The position numbers and the translations under genes were made by a program. A stretch of 64,000 nt of DNA, from NCBI GenBank assembly GCA_002269645.1, contig NIVC01000376.1, positions 372,001 to 436,000 of the forward strand, given 5' to 3'. The stretch is from Macrostomum lignano (Eukaryota). This document shows, piece after piece, positions 33,945 through 44,445 of this stretch (its first letter is position 1; the number at the start of each line of letters is the position of its first letter). The notes beneath the pieces were generated by a model, which did not search any database, had not been told where the DNA came from, and worked only from the letters and a program-made list of their open reading frames with translations.

Positions 33945-34330
33945 CGGGGATGTGTCCGAAAAACCCTGGTTGCCATGGAATAGCCAAAAACCCTGGTTGC
34001 CATGAGGAAATAGCCAAAAACCCTGGTTGCCATGAGGAAATAGCCAAAAACCCTGGTTGCCATGAGGAAATAGCCAAAAACCCTGGTTGCCATGAGGAAA
34101 TAGCCAAAAACCTTGGTTACTGTGAGAACGTGGCCAAAAAACCATGGTTGCTATGGGCTGAGACTATAAAAAACCTGGTTGCTATGGGAATGTGGCTGAA
34201 AAAGCCTGGTTTCTATGAGGAAATGGTCAAAAACCCTGGTTGCTATGACGATTGCTATAGAGCTGGGGCTCTTAAAATCCTGGTTGTTATGGTGACGTCA
34301 CGTGGCTGAAAAGAACCTGGTTGCTATGGG
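33945..34330. repeat. 30-bp repeat (ccctggttgccatgaggaaatagccaaaaa), 4 perfect plus degenerate copies
   Basis: Each unit carries GTTGC(C/T)ATG. Confidence 0.9.
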
Positions 34331-35144
34331 GATTTGGCAAAAAATTCCTGTTGCTATGCCACAGACGCGGTCATAAACACTGGTTGCTATTATGAAGATG
34401 CTACGGAGTACCAAAGCCCTTTATTTGCTATGCATCCGAACAGCCCCTCCACCTAGTTGCTATGCAGCCTACAAAAATTCAAAGAGTTCAAGCTGAGTGA
34501 AACAAAGCATGTGTAAATATAAAAGAGCGGGCCAATTGGCAAGAGACAAATCTCTATCTAATAAATAAGTGAAAATTTGAAAAATTTTAATTTTTCAAAT
34601 AGCATTAAACAGTTCCAGACCACCGTTGAACTGTCAAGGACTCAACTCCTGACTGTCTGTCAACAATCAGCAAGTGCTGGGGTTATAAGAAAAATGGCAC
34701 GAATTCAAACGTCAGAGTGCATAATTGTTAAAACAACAATGTCAAATTAGACAGTGAGTTACATAGCACACCATATATAGTTAAATGGGAATTATTTTGT
34801 GATAATTCCATTGTGCGCATAAAACAGCTGTCGGGCAATTTGGAAAGTGCAATTGTAATGATGAACAGAGAAGGCTGCTGATTATTAAAGCTCACCATAC
34901 TACTGAGAAAAGTAATAATCTTAAATTATTGAGTGGGCATAAAATTTAATAAATATTTTTTATCGATTAGACACAAAACTGCAAATTGGTAATCAAATTG
35001 GTTTGTTAGAACTAAGACACTTCAGATATATAAGCACTCATTCACCGTTTGATCTCAGCGGCTGACCCCATGTGACCTCTGAGCAGTCGACAGTCAAGTT
35101 GACCATCCATCTCCTCTCAACGACCCAATTGAATTAACAATCGA

Positions 35145-35615
35145 AAGGGGTCAACTGACCCCTCTAGCCAGTAAACAGGGTCAACTGACTCCTCTAGCCA
35201 GTAAGCAGGGTCAGCTGACCCCTCTTAACAGTCAGCAGGGTCAACTGACTCCTCTAGCCAGTAAGCAGGGTCAAATGACCTCTCTAAATAGTCAGCAGGG
35301 TCATCTGACCTCTCTAAATAGTCAGCAGGGTCAACTGATCCCTCAAAACAGTCAGCAGAGTCAACTGACCCCTCTAGCTAGTTGGTAGGGTCAACTGACC
35401 TCTCTAAATAGTCAGCAGGGTCAACTGAGCCGTCTAGCTAGTCAGTAGGGTCAACGGACCTCTCTAAATATAGTCAGCAGGGTCAACTGACCCCTCTAGC
35501 CAGTCAGTAGGGTCAACTGACTTCTCCAAACAGTCAAAAGGGTCAACTGAACTCTCTAAATAGTCAGCAGGGTCAACTGACCCCTCAAAACAGTCAATAG
35601 GGTCAACTGACCCCC
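35145..35615. repeat. 30-bp repeat (cagcagggtcaactgacccctctaaatagt)
   Basis: About 15 copies starting about 30 nt after the GPCPD1 stop. Confidence 0.92.
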
Positions 35616-35645
35616 TAAAATGGACAATCAAAGCTTGTCAAACAG

Positions 35646-38226
35646 TCACAGACAGCCGCCAGTCTGCGACGAAGATGTAGAAGCCGTCGAAGGCGACCGG
35701 CGCGGTAGCTGGTGGTGCTGGGCCAGCGGAGAAGCGGAGGAGCTCCTGCTGGTATCGGCAGCCACGCCGGTCGCAGCCTCAGTCTCATTCTCGGCCTGCT
35801 CAAAAACTGTCCGACTGCCGAGCGCCTTCTCTGCGTGGATATAATCGTAGATGAGGGCGTCGACGCCCAGCTGTCGGAAACGGGCCTTGACCTCGGCGTC
35901 GTTGAGCCCGTCGCCCCAGACGAACAGCACCAAACCGGCATTTTGCACCCGGGCCACCAGAGATTCTTCTTTCAGCAGCTCTTCAAAGCTGGCTGACAGG
36001 CCGAGTACGCCTAGGGATAAAGCGTGGCGCATTGACGCCAGAGTGGAGTTGCAGCGGGGGTCCTCATAGGGCGGGTAGGCCTCCGACCGGCCCTGGGTGA
36101 GGAACAGCACCGGGTAGCGGTTCTGCTTCAGCTGCACCATGGTGCAACAATCGGCATCGAAGGTGCACAGAACTATTCTCCTGCGGCCGCCGCATTCGAT
36201 GACGTCTTTGAGAATTCTATTGACGTATTTATTACGCTCGGAGTAGTGCTCCACATTCTCCTCTAGCTGGCTGCCCTTCACCTTCTGAGGATATTTGATC
36301 TCGATTAGGAATCCAGTGTCCGGGTTTACCTGCGCGTGGATGCGAGGAGTGGTAGGGACTCGGTTAGCTTTGGCTGAGGCTGTTTGATTAGTCTCACCTG
36401 TGATACCTATCAGTCTAACCTGTGAACCCGTCAATTTTACGTGCGACCCCTGTCAGTCTCACCTGTGACCCCTATCAGTCCCACCTGTGACCCCTGTCAG
36501 TCTCACCTGTGACCCCTGTCAGTCTCACCTGTGACTCCTATCAGTCCCACCTGTGACCCCTATCAGTCCCACCTGTGACCCCTGTCAGTCTCACCTGTGA
36601 CCCCTGTCAGTCTCACCTGTGACCCCTATCAGTCTCACCTGTGACCCCTATCAGTCCCACCTGTGACCCCTATCAGTCCCACCTGTGACCCCTGTCAGTC
36701 TCACCTGTTCCAGGCACTGGCGCAGGCTGGGAAAGGGCTGCAGCTCCACAGGATCGATATCGTCAGTGTCCAGATGCTCCTCATTGTCGGTCATCTCGGC
36801 TAGGGAGCAGAGCTTCATGCTTTGCAGACTTTCCATTGTGAAATTTTTAACAGGGACTTCAATCTGTTTGAGCTTTCGCTGCTTCAATCGCATGGTTACG
36901 GCTACGTTGAAGTCGTGAAACACAACCGGAATCTGCGGTTGAAAAAGGTGTCAAAAGGGTTCAATTCATATAGTTTAAGCAAGAAGCAAGTCGGCCTTCC
37001 ACACAACCGGCGAGAGGCATTGCTGCCCATTCCGCCGACTGCCCTGAGCAGGCACACAAGCGCGCGGATACTTCCGCAGTCATACGCACAGGCACACACT
37101 CACACAGGAGTGTACAGCGGCCCTAACTTGATTCATCGTTAGGCATGTACACTTCACTGCCCTTGGGCTTTGGCCCTTAAGGGTGTTAATTGCACGAGCA
37201 GAGCCAAGCCGAGAAGAGAGGTCTCATCACTCTATCGCAACTCCAACACTATATCTCCAGAAGGAAGTAACGGAGATATGAAATCCCAGAGATATGAAAT
37301 CCCAGAAATATGAAATCTCAGAGATATGAAATCTCAGAGATATGAAATCTCAGAGATATGAAATCTCAGAGATATGAAATCTCAGAGATATGAAATCTCA
37401 GAGATATGAAATCTCAGAGATATGAAATCTCAGAGATATGAAATCTCAGAGATATGAAATCTCAGAGATATGAAATCTCAGAGATATGAAATCTCAGAGA
37501 TATGAAATCTCAGAGATACAAAATCTCAGAGATATGAAATCTCAGAGATACAAAATCTCAGAGATATGAAATCTCAGAGATATGAACTATCGGAGATATG
37601 AAATCTCAGAGATATGAAATCTTAGAGATACAAAATCTCAGAGATATGAAATCTCAGAGATACAAAATCTCAGAGACATGAAATCTCAGAGATATGAAAT
37701 CTCAGAGATATGAAATCTCAGAGATATGAAAGCACCCCAGCCGAGATTCGATTTTGGCCCCTAATAAATGTGACTGCACTTAGAATCGAGCCCGGGCCGC
37801 TGGCACATCAGAACGCCGCGCTAGACCACTAGGCTACAGCTCCCATTTCATAACCATAGACACGCCAAAACTGACTGTCCCTGTCCTACTCACGTTGTCC
37901 TTAGAGAATTGAACGTCGAATTCGACAAAGTCGGCTCCGTGGCTGGCGGCCAGATTCATGGAGTGAATGGTGTTCTCCCGCACAGTGTTAATGAATGTGT
38001 TCTTTTTGTGCGAATTGCCGGCGCCTCTGTGCCCGACGTCCATGGTTTTGCGCTTCACCCAGTGCCGCCTGTACGTCACCGATACGTCGTTGCGAAGGTG
38101 CGGTGACATCGAAGTGATGAACAAATACTGCAATTTGAGTGTGCCCACTAGCACAGGAGCGCCCTGCTTGCTCACCATCACCTGCGGGCAGCGGGGTGAG
38201 ATGAAAGCTGGTCAGCGGTCTGTTGA

Positions 38227-38257
<31 letters not shown>

Positions 38258-38340
38258 CTATCTCACTGTCTGTCTGTCTGTCTGTCTGTCTGTCTGCCTG
38301 TCCTATCTCACTGTCTGTCTGTCTGTCTGTCCTATCTCAC

Positions 38341-38405
<65 letters not shown>

Positions 38406-38487
38406 GCCTGTCCTATCTCACTGTCTGTCTGTCTGTCTGTCCTATCTCACTGTCTGTCTGTCTGTCTGTCTGTCTGTCCTATCTCAC

Positions 38488-38520
<33 letters not shown>

Positions 38521-38660
38521 GCCTGTCCTATCTCACTGTCTGTCTGTCTGTCTGTCCTATCTCACTGTCTGTCTGTCTGTCTGCCTGTCCTATCTCACTG
38601 TCTGTCTGTCTGCCTGTCCTATCTCACTGTCTGTCTGTCTGTCTGTCTGTCCTATCTCAC

Positions 38661-38756
<96 letters not shown>

Positions 38757-41700
38757 ACTGTCTGTCTGTCATGCAGTACCAGTCAGGCCAAACCTGCAGT
38801 ATTTTGACGCCCTTGCTCTCCTGACTGCGCAGCGGCATGAGGCTGGCTTTGCCAATCAGCTGCCGGCTTTTCGGATCGCGCAGCTCGATGTCGAAAGCGG
38901 TGGACTCCAGGTCGAATGTGTCAACCTGGCGGTCAGGTATTGAAAATGAAATCAGTTTAGTGAATTAGTGAATCAGTTATTCACTACTGTTGAAAGAAAC
39001 CTGGCACTGTTGACTCACCTGGAACACCAGGTGACTATCCGGGGTGCAAAGTTCGCCAGAGGTAGCCTGAGGTCGAGTACGGCAGTCGGCGTCCGGGTCT
39101 GACGAGTCGTCATTTGGAGGCGTCGACTCGCCGATGCTACACACGGTGGCGGGCAGCCTGTGAAGATCAGAAGCCAATTGAGTCAAGGCAGATGTACAAC
39201 TTTAGGATGTTCACCTTCATGATTCACAACGTCCAGAATGTACATTTTCATGATGTACAACGTCAAGGATGTACACCTTTAGGGTCACAACTTCAAATAT
39301 GTACGCTTGTACACCTTCAGGATGCACACCTCGAGCATTTACAACTTCAGAATGTACTATTTCAGGATGCACCCCTTCAGGATGTACAAAAATAGGAGCT
39401 ACAACTTCAGGATGTACATCTGCAGAGTGTACAGCTTCAGGAAGTAAAGCTTCATGCAAGGATCTCACTTTCTCTAACGCTTCCTGTAATTCTGTAACAG
39501 CTCACCTGCCAGCCAGGTATTCGTCGCCATTGAGCGACTCTTCCAGTTCGCCCATCTGAATAGGCAGAGTCGCAGAGCTGCCGCCGCCACCTCCAGCGTT
39601 GCTGTTGTTGGCCGCAGCGGAGGTCATCGAGTTGGCAGCGTCCGAATAAGCCGCCGAGCCGGTGCCCTCGGCTATGGAGTGCGACCAGCAGGACACCAGG
39701 GCGGTGCGGACTGCGCGTCGGTAATTGGGCCGGAACCATTCCAGACAGCCGGGCATCAGGTGCAGGTGCACCTGAGTCTGGCCGGTCAGCCAGCCATGCT
39801 GGATGCGCTTCTGCTGCTGTAAAGAGCGAGAGGGATAGTGTACATGTGCACTTTGCAGGGTGTAAGAACATTGAGGAGATGAACTTCAGAGTATGTACAT
39901 TAGGGAGGTGGGCTGCGGAGACTATGCAAATTTAGGAAGGTGGGCTACAGGGGGTATCTACATTGGCGAGGTTAGCTACAAAGAATATGTACATTGGCGA
40001 GGTTAGCTACAAAGAATGTACATTGGGGAGGTGTGCTACAGAGAGTATGTACATTGAGGAGGTGGGCTACAGAGGGTATGTACATTGGACAGTTGGGCTA
40101 CAGAGGGTATGTACATTGGCGAGGTTAGCTACAAAGAATATGTACATTGGCGAGGTTAGCTACAAAGAATATGTACATTGGCGAGGTTAGCTACAGAGAA
40201 TGTACATTGGGGAGGTGTGCTACAGAGTATGTACATTGAGGAGGTGAGCTACAGAGGGTATGTACATTGGACAGTTGGGCTACAGAGAGTATGTACATTG
40301 GACAGTTGGGCTACAGAGGGTATGTACATTGGACAGTTGGGCTACAGAGGGTATGTACATTGGGGAGGTGTGCTACAGAGAGTATGTATATTGGGGAGGT
40401 GGGCTACAGAGGGTATGTACATTGGGGAGGTGGGCTACAGAGGGTATGTACATTGGGGAGGTGGGCTACAGAGGATATGTACATTGGGGAGGTGGGTTAC
40501 AGAGGGTATTTACATTGGGGAGGTGGGCTACAGAGGGTATGTACATTGGGGAGGTGGGCTACAGAGGGTATGTACATTGGGGAGGTGGGCTACAGAGGAT
40601 ATGTACATTGGGGAGGTGGGTTACAGAGGGTATTTACATTGGGGAGGTGGGCTACAGAGGGTATGTACATTGGGGAGGTGGGCTACAGAGAGCATGTACA
40701 TTGGGGAGGTGGGCTACAGAGAGCATGTACACTGGGGAGGTGGGCTACAGAGAGCATGTACATTGGGGAGGTGAGGCCCAGAGGACGGACAGCCAACGGC
40801 TGAGCCACTCACGCTGCCATCCTGAGCAATAACGACGCCGAACTCCGGCACGTCAACGTCGGGTTGAACGGCCCCCGTCAGGCAGTCCATCAGGGCCAGG
40901 CGCCTCGGGTTGCGAAACGATTCCCAGTGTGAGATGCACAGCGTCACTTCGCTGTCCTCGTCGTTGGGATTGTGGCAACGGGCGAGGAAGAACCTGCGAA
41001 TCGTGGGGCATTGTCATTGGATTAACGAATTCATAGTTGATAGAATAATGGGAAAATAGGTCTAGATAAATAGAAAAACATCCCAAACGTTTTATCAGCT
41101 TGAATCAGTGAATGCTATAAGTTAGCTGCATTTCTATGTTCTAGCACAAAATTTCAGTTTGCACTTAGCCTCGAAGTTGGCTCGAATTAATGAAAAATAT
41201 CACTCAAAAATTCAGATATGAGGGTGAGAAATAAGGTTAAAAATGAGACTGACTGAAGAACTGACTCAAAAATCTCAAACATTAGGACATTAAACAGGCT
41301 CAGACAAAGTGTACAACACACTGTGCCTTGGGGGTTGGCCCGCATTGGCATAAATCGTATGACAACCCCAATGATAAATAAATTTGACCGCGCACGGAGG
41401 CGCACGTCGAGATACCGTAGATAAGGGTGGCCGTGTAATTATTGTATAAAATGCCGTAATTGAGGTGACTAATGAGGTAACGAAAGCGAGATTGTTTGTG
41501 CTCTAGCTGCCTTCAGAAGCGCAGTGTCAATGGGGGGCCAGGGTGATGTACTAGGTGAGAAGCTGAGTGAGAAAGTGACTGAGTGACTGACTGAGTGAGT
41601 GACTGACTGACTGAGGACTGAGTGAGTGAGTGAGTGAGTGACTGACTGACTGAGTGAGTGACTGACTGACTGAGGACTGAGTGAGTGAGTGACTGAGTGA

Positions 41701-42393
41701 GTGAGTGAGCGACTGAATGAGCGAGTAAGTAAGCAATCAATTGGAAGGTCTGAGCCCCAGAAGTTGGCACCCTGCCAGAGTACCAGTAACTCGAGTGTGA
41801 GGGCCCTTTCCGTTTTGGCGGAGTTAAGCCGTGCAATAGCTGAGATCCTTAATGCCCTTAGGCGAATTTTCAACCTACCCTGGCTGACTCAGGGCTGGTC
41901 CACGCTGTCAACCCCACCGTTTATCAGCAGCAACAACAATTGACGGTGACTCAGACACATCTAATCCGATGCTTGATATTAGGTTATAAGAAACTCACCA
42001 TTAAATGTAAAAAGAAACTGCTCAAACACTCGCTGTGCTTAAAAATCATTTAAAAAACTTTCTGATTACGGAGAGGCAACAGTCGATGCACTCTCTCAGA
42101 TATCCATGCGCGCCATCTAACCTGTAGGCAACATTGCCAAGCGGCAGTGGGATCTGCACGTCCCGGCCAAATTCAATGTAGTCGGCAGTCTTCTGAGCAA
42201 CAGGCATGGACTTGGCCTTCTCCACATTCCAGGCGCCCAGCTGGTTGCAGTCTCCAACTAGGTAACAGGCAACATCGGGGGCGCCTAAGCTGCCTAACAG
42301 CTGGTCTGGCACTCGAACTCGGAATGGCACCACCACCTGGTGCTGCCGAGGACCGCATGATGAACTGCTGCTGGTAGTTGACTTAGTTGCCAT
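35646..42393 (-). CDS. GPCPD1: Glycerophosphocholine phosphodiesterase (CBM20 + GDPD domain), about 744 aa
   Basis: Exons 42393-42122, 40993-40813, 39816-39506, 39157-39019, 38925-38794, 38181-37894, 36932-36705, 36329-35646 total 2235 nt, all GT-AG and phase-consistent. CBM20 VGDCNQLGAW, GWLTGQTQVHL, catalytic DVGHRGAG...ENTIHS...AASHGADFVEFDVQFSKD|IPVVFHD, IEIKYP, LCTFDADCC, KQNRYPVLFLT, VFVWGDGLND, GVDALIYD. Confidence 0.95.
36395..36707. repeat. 22-bp repeat beginning at the exon-7 donor of GPCPD1
   Basis: Minus-strand unit GTGAGACTGACAGGGGTCACAG, about 12-14 copies. Confidence 0.95.
37013..37843 (-). mobile_element. tRNA-derived SINE split by an internal 16-bp array
   Basis: Minus-strand head TAGCCTAGTGGTCTAGCGCG (A box) ... 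CCCGGGCTCGATTC (B-box-like) at 37843-37783. Body 37013-37212 matches 47378-47542. The ccagccgagattc junction is shared with the 47536 copy. Confidence 0.6.
37272..37730. repeat. 16-bp minisatellite (agagatatgaaatctc)
   Basis: About 28 copies. The unit is an imperfect palindrome (GAGAT...ATCTC). Confidence 0.96.
38225..38770. repeat. (CTGT)n microsatellite with periodic cctatctca inserts
   Basis: Fills GPCPD1 intron 38182-38793. Confidence 0.95.
39900..40770. repeat. 31-bp G-rich minisatellite (agagggtatgtacattggggaggtgggctac)
   Basis: About 27 copies in GPCPD1 intron 2. Confidence 0.95.
41565..41730. repeat. (TGAC/TGAG)n microsatellite
   Basis: GPCPD1 intron 1. Confidence 0.9.
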
Positions 42394-42649
42394 GCTGGTT
42401 TTAAACGTGTCAAGCTGAGTAGTCCATTTTGAAAAACAAAAACTTTTACTAAATGATTAATAGCTTGCTTTTTTACTATGGATATACTGGCGCTTATTCA
42501 AACAAGCAAACTAACGATATCAGTTGCAGTGGTAGCCTTGGCTCATGCAAAAATACGCCGCGAAAATTATTAGTAAAACAAACCAGAAATTCGTTTTTTT
42601 CTATCACCTACAACTAGGAGCAATAGCAATTAGGAAAAGTAGTAGTATT

Positions 42650-43390
42650 AGTTTTATAACAGTTTTATTATATACCCGTATAGGAAAAAACAATGCACTT
42701 TTTAAGCTCAACAGCCAAAGTACATTCTGCAAGCTGAAATCCTAACCACTGGCGGCGAGTGTGGGCAACAAATTGGGGAGGGCGCAGAGACAGGGAGACA
42801 AGCGACTCAACTTTATTACCAATCTAGAAGGGGGTACGAGCGTAACAATAATGAGCAGCTAGTTAAGCACGACAGATAATGCTGTTTGTTCCATTTTAAC
42901 TGCAGCCGAAACCCCCTTGGGTAGGAAGAGGACAGGAAATAAAATTGGAGGGTGTAAGGCAGCACGTGACCCGGTTTTATTATCAGTCTAGGAAAGAAAA
43001 CCAATGTATATTTCAAAGCCCGACAGATAACGTACATTCTACAGCTTAAAGCCCGGTTAATATCGGCAATAAAATGGGGGGATCGTGGCAGAACGTGACC
43101 CACCAGTTTTACATTAGTCTAGTAAAGAAAAACAATGTACATTTCTAAGCCCCGCCAGCTAGTGTACATAGTACAGCTGAAACCTCCGGGGAATATTGGT
43201 AATAAAGGGGGGTGTGGCAGAAGCACGTGACCCACCAGTTACTATATCAGTCTAGAAAAGAAAAACAATGCACTTTATGTAAGCCCGACAGCTAATGCAC
43301 ATTCTTTATACATTAGAAATTTTACAAACTCCAGGGCATATCGGCAATACAATGGGGAAGGGTGTGGCAGTAGCACGTGACCAAGTTACT
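42650..43390. repeat. Diverged ~130-150-bp tandem repeat, about 5 copies, upstream of GPCPD1
   Basis: Recurring gtggcag..gcacgtgaccc...cagtctag.aaagaaaaacaatg.ac.tt..aagccc blocks. Confidence 0.75.
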
Positions 43391-44445
43391 TTTGTCTCTC
43401 TTGGAGAGGAGACCTATCACCTATCTACTAGAAGCAGTAATTCCCGATTTTTACTAAATTGTTCAACAACCAAAAATGAAAAGTACAAAACCAAAACACC
43501 ACAGTTTGTTAAGTAAAAACAACTGAACTCACATTAACGTGTATTTCATTAACATATAGAGTTGACAACACGTGTAGCATAAAGCAAATTACCAATCGTT
43601 TTTGACATAGAGTAATGCGAATCACATTAAAGATAACCCAGATTACCAAGCTACCAATCCAATTAAAAAACTCTCTGTAAAGAAAACTTTTTTATTCGTT
43701 CGCAACCTCGTACAGACCAAAAAAATTGTTTAGTTTCTCACACAGTTATGATTCAAGACAAACTTAATTAAAATAGAATTAGAAAAGTGTTCAGCTAATT
43801 TACGTACTAAAAGGTTCCAATTGTCAATCTTCTGGATTACCAAAATAAAAACTTAAGACATACTGCCAAACTGTGAGGTTAGACTGTGAATTGATCGATG
43901 CCACGATAGTGGATGGCTGTGAGAGATTGCCTAAATAAACTTATGCACATTAATCAATACGCGGAAACTATCAGGTATGTATTAAACAATCAAAGGTAAA
44001 ATGCTATTATAAGTAATATTGATGACTAATATGAATTCAATCAATACTGAGCTCTCTTATAAGTAACAGAAAATATTTATGGCAATCGAAATAAAAATAT
44101 GCAATCAAGAGACCAATAATAATTCTTTCATATGACTTAATACAAACAATTAAAAATTATTGCAGCAGGTCACACCGACCGTCTCATGGTAAGTAAAAAC
44201 TGTCTTCTACTATACTACTGATTAAAAACGATCAGTAGTATCAGATAAAAGAGAAAAACAAAATTAAATATAACTATTGTATTGCACATCAGCATTGTAA
44301 TTTTACAAAACAAACATATCATAAATACTTAATATAAAGTATTTGTTTTCAACCACACGTTTGAAAGCCTGAGGCTGCTCGACGCTTCTTTCTGAGAAAC
44401 GAAATTGATAAGAACGGCTTTCTAACAGTCACTTTAGCTGCGATG

